Virus record (IMG/VR): IMGVR_UViG_3300021197_001797
Span: 1-58,525 of that record
Source of the DNA: a virus
Lineage: Duplodnaviria; Caudoviricetes
DNA: 58,525 bases
Reading direction: 5' to 3' (one strand)
The first letter of the stretch is position 1, and each line of letters begins with the position of its first letter. Of this stretch, positions 43,528 through 52,410 are shown piece after piece. The notes under the pieces were generated by a model. That model was not told the origin of the DNA, did no database searches, and worked only from the letters and a program-made list of their open reading frames with translations. The position numbers and the translations under genes are program-made.

Positions 43528-43983
43528 ATGGGTACAACTACTTTTTCTGGTCCGGTTAAAGCCGGAGGAATACAAGCAACTACAGGAACAGACATTGGTG
43601 TAAATGTAGCTAATGTGGGTTCTGTAGTAATGGCACAGTCAATGATGCCAAACATCACTGGTGCAAGCCAACTTAACCAAAGAGTTGCAATTGTCCCAGC
43701 AAAATCACAAATAGTAGATGTTATTGTAAACGTCACAACTATTGGTGATGACAGTGGGGCAGCTACTATTTCTGTCGGTACAGCAGCAGATCCAAATGCT
43801 TTTTTGGATGCAGTCAACACAAAAGCTCTTGGCACAACGCATGGAACGCTTGATACAGAAGCTACTAATGTAGGTACAGCCGATCTAGAAGTTTTAGCAG
43901 ACTTCACTGGTGCTACTGGTGACGGTACAACAGGTGTTGCTTCACTCACGGTAATGTATATTCAAAACAACAATCTCTCTTAA
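43528..43983 (+). CDS. Virion structural protein
   Basis: MGTTTFSGPVKAG N-terminus, beta-rich; follows the capsid gene. Confidence 0.7.
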   Translation: MGTTTFSGPVKAGGIQATTGTDIGVNVANVGSVVMAQSMMPNITGASQLNQRVAIVPAKSQIVDVIVNVTTIGDDSGAATISVGTAADPNAFLDAVNTKALGTTHGTLDTEATNVGTADLEVLADFTGATGDGTTGVASLTVMYIQNNNLS

Positions 43984-43996
43984 AGGGAGGTGAATT

Positions 43997-44443
43997 ATGG
44001 CTGATGCAGTCACAACTCAAGTTCTTCAAGATGGTGAGCGGTTATATATTGCCAAATTTACTAATATTTCTGATGGATCTGGGGAAGCAAAAGTAACCAA
44101 AGTTAATGTGTCAAGTTTAAATCCTAATTCTCACGGTTTAACCTGTATTGGTGTAAAAATTTCAAAAATATATGCTCAAACCGAAGACATGGGCGTGGAC
44201 ATATATTGGGTTGGAGATCCAACACCAGCTAATGATGCGTTGGCAATGACAATACCTCAAGGTCAATTATATGACATTGGCTATGATCCTTCTATTCCGT
44301 ACAATGGAGTAGGTGCTCTGGGAACTGGTGAAGCAGGAAATGTAGCTTTTAGCACTAGGAATGCTTCTGCTGGCGACACTTATACTATTATTCTATATGG
44401 AATAAAAGTTTATGCAGAAGCGATTCCAGGAGATCAAACATGA
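43997..44443 (+). CDS. Virion structural protein
   Basis: MADAVTTQ..DG, KFTNISDGSGE, GDTYTIIL. Confidence 0.7.
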   Translation: MADAVTTQVLQDGERLYIAKFTNISDGSGEAKVTKVNVSSLNPNSHGLTCIGVKISKIYAQTEDMGVDIYWVGDPTPANDALAMTIPQGQLYDIGYDPSIPYNGVGALGTGEAGNVAFSTRNASAGDTYTIILYGIKVYAEAIPGDQT

Positions 44444-44967
44444 CAAAAGATTTTGATTTTCCCGAAAGTTTTGGTTTTCAAAAATATTCCAAAGGCGGTT
44501 CAGCCAGCCCTAAAAAGATGAGTCGTGGTGGAATGAGAAATATCCGTGATGAAGAAGCTAGGGTCATAGGCGTTCAAGATGATGCGGCTGATGAACTTAA
44601 AAGAGTTAGATCACGCAGGTCTAATGATTCACAAGAACGCAGAGACAAGTCTCAACAAATGAGGCGCGTATCATCAAGAGAAAGAAATGCTCGTGATGAA
44701 ATGACAAGGTTGCGAGGCGAAGCTGAAAAAGAAGTGAAAAAAGGTTTTTATGCAAAAGGCGGTTCTAAAAAAGATTGGATCCAAGGTGCTGTCAAAAAAC
44801 CAGGAGCTTTGCGAGGTTATATGGATGTAGCTAAAGGAGAAACTATTCCCAAAGGCGCATTAAATAAAGTTGCAAGCGGTCAGCCAGCAAAAGCAGGTGG
44901 GCCAAAACCTTCTTCTAAAACTCAACAGCGAGCACGTCTTGCTAAAACTTTTTCTAAAATGAAATAG
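44440..44967 (+). CDS. Basic protein with three GG motifs
   Basis: YSKGG, MSRGG, YAKGG; WIQGAVKKPGALR..RARLAKT. Confidence 0.7.
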   Translation: MTKDFDFPESFGFQKYSKGGSASPKKMSRGGMRNIRDEEARVIGVQDDAADELKRVRSRRSNDSQERRDKSQQMRRVSSRERNARDEMTRLRGEAEKEVKKGFYAKGGSKKDWIQGAVKKPGALRGYMDVAKGETIPKGALNKVASGQPAKAGGPKPSSKTQQRARLAKTFSKMK

Positions 44968-44976
44968 GAGCAAAAA

Positions 44977-45219
44977 ATGGCACAAGGATATAATGATAAA
45001 TTAGACGAGTCCATGGGGTCTCGAAATGGCAAAAAGTCTCAGTCTATGAAATCTAGAAGAGATGAAAGCAAAGGCATGGAAAAATCTATGGGTCGTCGAG
45101 CTTATTCTTCTGTAGGAACTATGGATAAAAAAGCCAAAGGAGGTTCAGTAAGTGGCATAGGTGGTTTCAAACCCATGGAAGGTGACAGTATTTTCAAAAT
45201 GTCAAAGGGCTGGGGTTAA
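44977..45219 (+). CDS. Small basic protein
   Basis: QGYNDKLDESMG..SRRDESKGMEK; KAKGGSV; AGGAG SD. Confidence 0.7.
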   Translation: MAQGYNDKLDESMGSRNGKKSQSMKSRRDESKGMEKSMGRRAYSSVGTMDKKAKGGSVSGIGGFKPMEGDSIFKMSKGWG

Positions 45220-45258
45220 GCTGAAACAGCTACCGATCTTTAATAAAATGAGGTTGAT

Positions 45259-46269
45259 ATGGCTTATTCAGGCAACATTGCTGCAAAAACTTTTAACGCC
45301 TTAAAAGTTGTAGATCATGCTTTCAGGCGTTGCAGACTGCCTGCACAAGCTATAACTTCAGAGATGCAAAGTTATGCTTTAGACTCTCTTTCTTTTTTCT
45401 TAGATGAATTAGCTAATATAAAAACACCAAGTTGGTGCATACAACAACAGCTTTTGCCTATGTATGAAAACAATCAAATAGTAACTTTGCCTGTTGGCAC
45501 CATAGATGTTTTGAATATAAACTTGAACACATTACAAGAATTAAGTGGAACTGTGACTTCTACTAACACTTCTTATTTAGTAAATTTCACTACGCCAACG
45601 ATAGTTAATTTTATAGGAATAAAATGGTCAGCAACAGCTATTCCTGTGACTTTTCAAACTAGCACAGACAACGTGACTTGGACAACAGTCGGAACTTCTA
45701 CAAGCACTAATCTTTCTACAGGTTCTACTGCAGTAGCAGGTAATATAACTTGGGATGAAATAACTGGAGCACTGGCAAAACAATATTTTAGAATAATACC
45801 AACAGACGGTGTCTCTAATATTTCTACTACTTCTATAACTTTAGGAAACATGCCTCAAGCTATACCCATGGGAATTTTGAGCAGAGACAATTATGTGAAT
45901 CAAAGCAATTTGACATTTTCTGGAAGACCTACAAGTTTTTACTACCAAAGAAATTTGCCTCAACCTGTTGTTAATTTGTGGCCAGCTCCAAATATTGCTT
46001 CAGAAAAATATGTCATTTCATTGTGGCGTCATCGTCAAATCATGGACACTGACAATTTGCAACAAGAAATAGAAATACCTGATAGATGGTTGGAGGCTAT
46101 AATAAATGGTCTTGCAGCAAGAGTTTGTTTAGAAACGCCATCAGCTGATATGCAGCTTTTGCCTTTGTTAGAAGCAAGAGCAGAGAGAAGTGTGCAAAGA
46201 GCTTGGGATGGTGACAATGATGGTTCTCCAATACAAATAAATCCTGGAATTGGAGTTTACACGGCATGA
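45259..46269 (+). CDS. Head-tail adaptor / tail tubular A-like protein with inserted beta-sandwich
   Basis: AFRRC, GRPT.FYYQR, LWPAP, P.RW.EAI..GLA; central Thr-rich STDN.TWT..YFRI insert. Confidence 0.65.
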   Translation: MAYSGNIAAKTFNALKVVDHAFRRCRLPAQAITSEMQSYALDSLSFFLDELANIKTPSWCIQQQLLPMYENNQIVTLPVGTIDVLNINLNTLQELSGTVTSTNTSYLVNFTTPTIVNFIGIKWSATAIPVTFQTSTDNVTWTTVGTSTSTNLSTGSTAVAGNITWDEITGALAKQYFRIIPTDGVSNISTTSITLGNMPQAIPMGILSRDNYVNQSNLTFSGRPTSFYYQRNLPQPVVNLWPAPNIASEKYVISLWRHRQIMDTDNLQQEIEIPDRWLEAIINGLAARVCLETPSADMQLLPLLEARAERSVQRAWDGDNDGSPIQINPGIGVYTA

Positions 46270-46571
46270 GTGTTTATTTAGATCCCCAAGGACAACCAAC
46301 TTTTGGTATAGGTATTTGCGCCAGATGTTCTCGCAAATTCTTTTTGGCTGATTTACATCCTGATCCTAATTTTCCAGGACTGATGGTTTGTGAAGCAGAC
46401 AAAGACGAGTATGATCCGTATCTTCTTCCTCCCAGAAGACCTGATCAGATCGTTTTACCTTTTAATCGTCCTGACACTAATATAGACACTCATCCTGCCG
46501 GAGTGATACAAGAAGCTGGTGATGAGTTTATTACTACAGAAGATAGTAATAAGTATTTGGAGATGGATTAA
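46266..46571 (+). CDS. Small Cys-motif protein
   Basis: GICARC..F ... GLMVC..D.D..DP. Confidence 0.7.
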   Translation: MSVYLDPQGQPTFGIGICARCSRKFFLADLHPDPNFPGLMVCEADKDEYDPYLLPPRRPDQIVLPFNRPDTNIDTHPAGVIQEAGDEFITTEDSNKYLEMD

Positions 46572-48226
46572 TGTCAGACGTTCCAAGTAATTTAATACCT
46601 AGCAGGGTTACCCAACTGCCTACTGCGCCAGTGGCATCTCCTGACGGATTGCTCTTGTTCACTTATCAAGGTGTCAGTTATCAAGTTAGAGCTGGCGATC
46701 TGCTTCAAGTTTCTGGAGTGCCCACAACTCGACAAGTTATAGCTGGTACTGGAATGACAGGCGGTGGCCCTCTTTCATCAGATGTAACTTTGAGCATTGC
46801 AAATGGTGGGGTAGGAACAGCTCAACTCGCAACTTCTGGTGCAACGGCAGGAACTTACGGAAGTTCTACTCAAATACCTGTTATGACTGTAGACTCAACA
46901 GGAAGAGTTACAGCTATAACTTCGGTTACAGCTACGATAACAGGTTACGTTCCTACTAGCACGCAAATTATTGCAGGCAATGGTTTAGAAGGCGGTGGTA
47001 ATTTAAGTGGCAATGTGACTTTAACAGCAGATTTTGAGGACAATGTACCTTTAGTTGGAACATCAGGAGGATCTGCCGGAACGTCTAACGAATTAGCAAG
47101 AGGAGATCATCAACATCCTCCAGTAGATTTATCAGACAGTGATGAGATAAACGGTGTTTTGCCAATAAATAGTGGTGGAACAGGCCGAAGTAACACTTCA
47201 AGTCCTGGAGCTATTGCTTACGGTGGTGGGTCTGATATTGCATTAGGTCCAGCAGGTTTAGCAGGTCAAGTTTTAATTTCTGGTGGAACAGGTGCCTACA
47301 CATGGGGATCAGCATTAATACAAACTGATCAACCTGCTAATGTGTTTTATGGTGGACCTGCTTCTGGCCCTAATGCACCTACAGCATTTAGAGCATTAGT
47401 AAATGCGGATTTACCAAACTCTGGAGCTAGTGCAGGAACATACGGATCATCAAATTTAATACCAGTAATAACAGTTGATGCTAAAGGTGTGATAACAGGA
47501 GTTACTACAGCTAGTTTTCAAACAGGTTTAGATTATCAAGGCACATGGAATGCATCTACTAATACTCCTTCATTAGCTTCTGGAGTAGGTACGCAGGGTC
47601 ATTATTACATCGTTAGTGTTGCGGGAACTACTAACCTTGACGGTGTTACAGATTGGCAAGTTGGTGATTGGGCTGTTTATAGTAGCACTTCAGTTTGGCA
47701 AAAATTAGATCAAAGTAACACAGTAACTTCTGTTAACGGTCAAGTTGGTGCCGTGACATTGACTGCCAGTGATGTCGGTGCTCCTCAAACAAACGGCACT
47801 GGGGCAACTGGAACTTGGGGCATCGACATTTCAGGCACTGCGGCTAGTGCAACTAATGTAGCTGGCGGTGGAGCAAATAGAATTGTATATAATACGGCAT
47901 CTGGAACAACTGATTTTCTAGTAGCTCCGACTGTGACTGACACATTTTTAAAGTGGAATGGTAGTGCATTTGTTTGGAATAGTGCTGTTACTGCGGCAGT
48001 CACAGGTTTCAGTGGAGGCACAACAGGTCTTACACCCAACACTTTAACAACAGGTGATATAACTGTTGCAGGAACTTTAATTGCGGCTAATGGTGGCACA
48101 GGGCTGACAAGTTCAGGTGCAAATGGTAATGTATTAACGAGCAATGGTACAACATGGGTGTCACAGGCACCCACAGCAGGAGTAACAACAGACGATGTAA
48201 TTGCTTTAGCGATAGCATTAGGTTAA
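46571..48226 (+). CDS. Tail fibre protein
   Basis: Repeated AGTYGS...IPV.TVD..G modules; YQGTWNA.TNTP..G.YY.V..AG domain; GGTG repeats. Confidence 0.8.
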   Translation: MSDVPSNLIPSRVTQLPTAPVASPDGLLLFTYQGVSYQVRAGDLLQVSGVPTTRQVIAGTGMTGGGPLSSDVTLSIANGGVGTAQLATSGATAGTYGSSTQIPVMTVDSTGRVTAITSVTATITGYVPTSTQIIAGNGLEGGGNLSGNVTLTADFEDNVPLVGTSGGSAGTSNELARGDHQHPPVDLSDSDEINGVLPINSGGTGRSNTSSPGAIAYGGGSDIALGPAGLAGQVLISGGTGAYTWGSALIQTDQPANVFYGGPASGPNAPTAFRALVNADLPNSGASAGTYGSSNLIPVITVDAKGVITGVTTASFQTGLDYQGTWNASTNTPSLASGVGTQGHYYIVSVAGTTNLDGVTDWQVGDWAVYSSTSVWQKLDQSNTVTSVNGQVGAVTLTASDVGAPQTNGTGATGTWGIDISGTAASATNVAGGGANRIVYNTASGTTDFLVAPTVTDTFLKWNGSAFVWNSAVTAAVTGFSGGTTGLTPNTLTTGDITVAGTLIAANGGTGLTSSGANGNVLTSNGTTWVSQAPTAGVTTDDVIALAIALG

Positions 48227-48235
48227 GGAGAGAAC

Positions 48236-48568
48236 ATGGCTAATACATTTACGAGGAAGCTATCGAGGTCCATAGGAACAGCACTTACGGCTGTTGGGTC
48301 TTACGTTGTGGGTTCTTCTACTCAGACCACTGTTATTGGACTGACAATATCAAATACTAGCGCATCCACTGTTAATATTGATGTTACATTAAATGATGGG
48401 GCAAATGATACATACATTGTTAAAGATGCACCTGTGCCTGTAGGCGGTGCGTTAGTTCCAATCGGGGGAAATCAAAAGATAGTGATGATTACTGGGGATT
48501 CAATTAAAGTTAATTCAAGTGCAGCAAGTTCAGTCGATGCTGTTCTATCAGTTCTGGAGATAACATAA
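48236..48568 (+). CDS. Tail-associated structural protein
   Basis: MANTF, TTVIGL..SN, K.APVP.G, S.LEIT. Confidence 0.7.
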   Translation: MANTFTRKLSRSIGTALTAVGSYVVGSSTQTTVIGLTISNTSASTVNIDVTLNDGANDTYIVKDAPVPVGGALVPIGGNQKIVMITGDSIKVNSSAASSVDAVLSVLEIT

Positions 48569-48786
48569 TGTCAAATCCATATATTGGTAATTCACCCACC
48601 GACATACCATTAACTTCAGATCAGTTGGCAGATGGCATTGTAACTACTGCTAAACTAGCTTCTCCAATTGCTCCTACGATTGTGGGGGGATCGATCAACA
48701 ACACACCCATAGGGGCCACAACTGCTAACACAGGGGCATTTACAAGTGTTACAGCAACGTCAGGAATTTCAGGAGGTACATTCTAA
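48568..48786 (+). CDS. Short tail-fibre-like protein
   Basis: YIGNSP, LADGIVTTAKLA, GGSINNTPIG. Confidence 0.6.
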   Translation: MSNPYIGNSPTDIPLTSDQLADGIVTTAKLASPIAPTIVGGSINNTPIGATTANTGAFTSVTATSGISGGTF

Positions 48787-49445
48787 TGCCACAATCAGGT
48801 TTTACACCAATACAACTTTATCGTAGTTCAACTGCTTCTGCCACACCAAATCCAAGTGATCTACAAGATGGTGAATTAGCCCTAAATACAAATGATGGAA
48901 AACTGTTTTATAAAGACAGCTCTGGGAATTTAGGAACATTAGCTACAAGTTCAGGATCTGCAGGCGATGTTACTGGTCCTTCAACTTCTGTTGATAATGC
49001 GTTAGTTGCTATGAACGGCACAACAGGAAAAGTAATCAAAAGTGCTGATCTAACACTTAATAACGTGATACTTGGAAATGGCACCAATGCACCTCAAGTT
49101 GTAGCTCCAGGAACCAATGGGAACGTCTTAAAGTCAAACGGTACAACTTGGACATCAGCTGCTGAAGCTGCCATTCCTCAATTGGTTGGAACAAACACCA
49201 CCGCAACTTCTGATCAATTTCTTGTAGCAAGTGCAGGTTCAATTACTATTACGCTTCCAAGTGGACCAAGTGCAGGTGACTTTGTAATTATAAAAGACGG
49301 AACAGGAGCTGCAGCAACGACTAATTTTACAGTAAACGGAAATGGTGCGAATATTGCTAGTTCGGCTACGCCATTAACTTTTGACAAAAACTTTGCACAA
49401 ATTACTATGACGTATATGGATGCAACGATTGGTTGGAGTGTCTAA
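48786..49445 (+). CDS. Tail fibre / spike protein
   Basis: L.DGELALNT.DGKLFYKD N-terminal module; ITITLP..PS.GD..GW C-terminal module. Confidence 0.75.
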   Translation: MPQSGFTPIQLYRSSTASATPNPSDLQDGELALNTNDGKLFYKDSSGNLGTLATSSGSAGDVTGPSTSVDNALVAMNGTTGKVIKSADLTLNNVILGNGTNAPQVVAPGTNGNVLKSNGTTWTSAAEAAIPQLVGTNTTATSDQFLVASAGSITITLPSGPSAGDFVIIKDGTGAAATTNFTVNGNGANIASSATPLTFDKNFAQITMTYMDATIGWSV

Positions 49446-50881
49446 TGAGCAATCTGTCAGAGCTATTACCCTCTGGCGGTGGTCAGAATGTAGGGAGCTT
49501 TGTAGCTTCTGGTACGCTCACTAATGGTAAACCAGTAGCGTTAAGAACTGACGGTAAGGTTGAGGCAGTATTAACTACTACAACACAAGCAGGAAGTGCA
49601 ATTGATATTACTACGGTTGCAGTCGTTGGACCAACTCCAGTTTCTGCCTATGCAACCAATGCAGACAGAATGGTAATAGTATATAGTCTTAGCGGTACTT
49701 TATATTACAAACTAGGGCAAGTTTCTGCTTTTGGCATGACACTTGGTTCAGAAACAGCAATACCGACCATTAGCACTAGCACTAATCAACAAGCGATTTG
49801 TTACGATGAAACATCTCAAAGAATAGTAGTATTTTTTAAAGACACTAATAACTCAGAATATGGAACTGCAATTGCAGGAACTGTTTCTACCAGTGGAATT
49901 ACATGGGGAACTGCGGCTGTTTATAATAGTACAAATACAAACTACTCAAAAGCTATAGCAGGTGGTGGTAAAGTTTGTGTAGTATTTACAGAATATTCTA
50001 GCGGAACTGGTGGCAGTGCAATTCTTGGGACGATTAGTGGAAATAACATAACTTTTCCAGGGAGCAGTAGAAGATTTTTAGCTGGCAATGGTAACTCTTA
50101 TGGTCTTGTTTATTCAGAAGACCAAGGAAATTTCGTAGTTTTTTACAATCAAGAAACTACTTCAGCAGCTTCTACACCTTTAAACATTAGTGGTAACAAT
50201 ATAACTTTAGGATCAGAAGTTCAATTCAACACCCAAAGAACAGATTATATAACTGCCGCATATGACAAAACTAAAAATAAAACATTAATTACTTATTTAG
50301 ACGGTAGCACAGCATATAAAGCGATTGTAGGTACAAACTCTGGGAGTGCAATGAGTTTTGGAACAGAAGAAAATGCAAATTTTGGAAGTGCTGCAGATGA
50401 CGGAAATGTTGTTTATGATCCCCATGCACAACAATGTGTAATTGTTTTTGGAAATGCAGCAAGAACTAATGAACTTACATTTAGACCTGCTACTATTTCT
50501 GGAACAGATGTTACTTTTGGTAACACCACCCATGTCAATGTTGGGTCCAATGCTATTTATTATTTTTCTTTAAGTGCTTACACGAGTCAAAATAAATTAG
50601 TTACAACTTTCTATGGGGCCAGTAATCACGCTGACGGTGTGGTTTATCAAAGCGTAGGAACTAATTCTGCAAATTTCATAGGCATAACAGGTCAAGCTAT
50701 ATCAGACACTGCGACAGGCAACGTGGATATGTTGGGTGGGATAAACTCTCAACAGACCTCATTGGTTATTGGCAGTAAATATTACGTTCAAAGTGATGGC
50801 ACTTTAGGAACAACTGTCACGAGTATATTTGCAGGGCAAGCAATTAGTGCCACTACTCTTAACATAAGGGATTTGACATGA
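49445..50881 (+). CDS. Beta-propeller virion protein, paralogue 1 (candidate receptor-binding)
   Basis: Repeated YD....K.VV.Y ... GT.SG..ITFG blades; shared termini with next two genes; start ATG 49445. Confidence 0.7.
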   Translation: MSNLSELLPSGGGQNVGSFVASGTLTNGKPVALRTDGKVEAVLTTTTQAGSAIDITTVAVVGPTPVSAYATNADRMVIVYSLSGTLYYKLGQVSAFGMTLGSETAIPTISTSTNQQAICYDETSQRIVVFFKDTNNSEYGTAIAGTVSTSGITWGTAAVYNSTNTNYSKAIAGGGKVCVVFTEYSSGTGGSAILGTISGNNITFPGSSRRFLAGNGNSYGLVYSEDQGNFVVFYNQETTSAASTPLNISGNNITLGSEVQFNTQRTDYITAAYDKTKNKTLITYLDGSTAYKAIVGTNSGSAMSFGTEENANFGSAADDGNVVYDPHAQQCVIVFGNAARTNELTFRPATISGTDVTFGNTTHVNVGSNAIYYFSLSAYTSQNKLVTTFYGASNHADGVVYQSVGTNSANFIGITGQAISDTATGNVDMLGGINSQQTSLVIGSKYYVQSDGTLGTTVTSIFAGQAISATTLNIRDLT

Positions 50882-52410
50882 GTACTTTATCTGATCTTTT
50901 ACCCGCAGGGTCTGGTGGCAAGAATGTCGATTTTGTTGCTGACGGAGCTTTAACGAGTGGTCAAACGGTAGCATTAAAAACTGATGGTACGGTTGAGCCA
51001 ATTGCTACAGCAAGTTCTTCAGCAACAAGTCCTGCCACATTTACCACTGTGTCTCTTCAAGCAGGAAATTCCAGCGATGATTACGGAAATAAATCTGCTT
51101 CTGTTTATGATGTTAACGCAGACAGAGTTATTATATTCTATGGCAAACAAGGTTCAACTTACGGGCTGTGGGCTGTTGCGTATACCCCAACCAGTACTGG
51201 ATTAACTAATCCTGGTACTGAAAAATTAATTAGTAGTTCGGGTGCTGAATGTGATCGAGTATGCACTGTTTATGACCCCAGTGCTCAAAAATCTGTAGTT
51301 GCTTATAAGCGTAGAGTTAGTGGAACTACTGGTCCAGGTAATTGCGTAGTTGTAGAAGTAAACCCTTCAACAAATACTATTACTACCGGATCACAAACTG
51401 ATTTTGGTTACAGTGGTGCATATGTTAATGGCATTGCTTTGGCTTATGACAGCAAAAACTCCAAAGTTGTGATAAACTATGGTGCCTCTAGTTCAGGCTA
51501 TGGAGAAACAAGAGTTGGTGCCGTATCAGGCACGAGCATAAGTTTTAGCGGTTACTCAATTTTTTCAACTGGCGGTGCAGGTTTGGGTGGAATGGGGTCT
51601 GCTTATGATCCACACAGTGATACAATTACGGTAACATGGCCTTACGTTAACAATAATTATTATGCATCTGTGATGGTAGGAAGAGTTAGTGGAAACACAG
51701 TCACTTGGGGAGGGACTAGACAAACCTATGACACTGCTAATAGTTTTAAAAAATTTGCAGCAGTTACTGACACGGTTTCTAACCAAGTTTGGACACTTCA
51801 AGCTTTCAGTGCTGATCAAGGTGGTCGGCAATGTTTGTTAACTCCTTCTCACAATGGAAGTTCAGGATCTGTTACTATGGGAACGCCACAAAATTCGGGA
51901 TATTATTTTTATAACTATCCCGTGGTAGAATTTTCATCTGTTGATAATAAACTTAGTGCAGTTGCAATGTCAGGAGCTTCTAGTGTTACTTACATGATTT
52001 GGTGGACTGTTTCAGGAACTACGGCAACTTATAGCTCTCAGCATATCGGTACTGAAGTTCCAAATGGAAACGAAAGTGTTGGAATGAGTATTATTTCATC
52101 TACCAAACAAAATATAATAACCTACAGAGGAACAACTGAAAATGGAAGATATTATTTAGGGAACCCTCCAAATCAAACTAACGTATCAAACTTCATCGGA
52201 ATAACCGATGCATCAATATCGGACACTGCCACAGGTTCTGTAACGATTAAAGGTGGAATAGCTACAAACGCTAGTTTACCTACGTTAACGCCAAACAGCG
52301 TTTATTATGTTCAAGGTGACGGAACGATCAGCACAACATCCACATCCCCTGCTGTTAGAATAGGTAAGGCATTGTCTTCAACAAGCATTAATTTGGAGTT
52401 TAACTCGTGA
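50878..52410 (+). CDS. Beta-propeller virion protein, paralogue 2
   Basis: Same LS.LLP.G.G N-terminus and NFIGIT..YYVQ.DGT C-terminus. Confidence 0.7.
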   Translation: MSTLSDLLPAGSGGKNVDFVADGALTSGQTVALKTDGTVEPIATASSSATSPATFTTVSLQAGNSSDDYGNKSASVYDVNADRVIIFYGKQGSTYGLWAVAYTPTSTGLTNPGTEKLISSSGAECDRVCTVYDPSAQKSVVAYKRRVSGTTGPGNCVVVEVNPSTNTITTGSQTDFGYSGAYVNGIALAYDSKNSKVVINYGASSSGYGETRVGAVSGTSISFSGYSIFSTGGAGLGGMGSAYDPHSDTITVTWPYVNNNYYASVMVGRVSGNTVTWGGTRQTYDTANSFKKFAAVTDTVSNQVWTLQAFSADQGGRQCLLTPSHNGSSGSVTMGTPQNSGYYFYNYPVVEFSSVDNKLSAVAMSGASSVTYMIWWTVSGTTATYSSQHIGTEVPNGNESVGMSIISSTKQNIITYRGTTENGRYYLGNPPNQTNVSNFIGITDASISDTATGSVTIKGGIATNASLPTLTPNSVYYVQGDGTISTTSTSPAVRIGKALSSTSINLEFNS

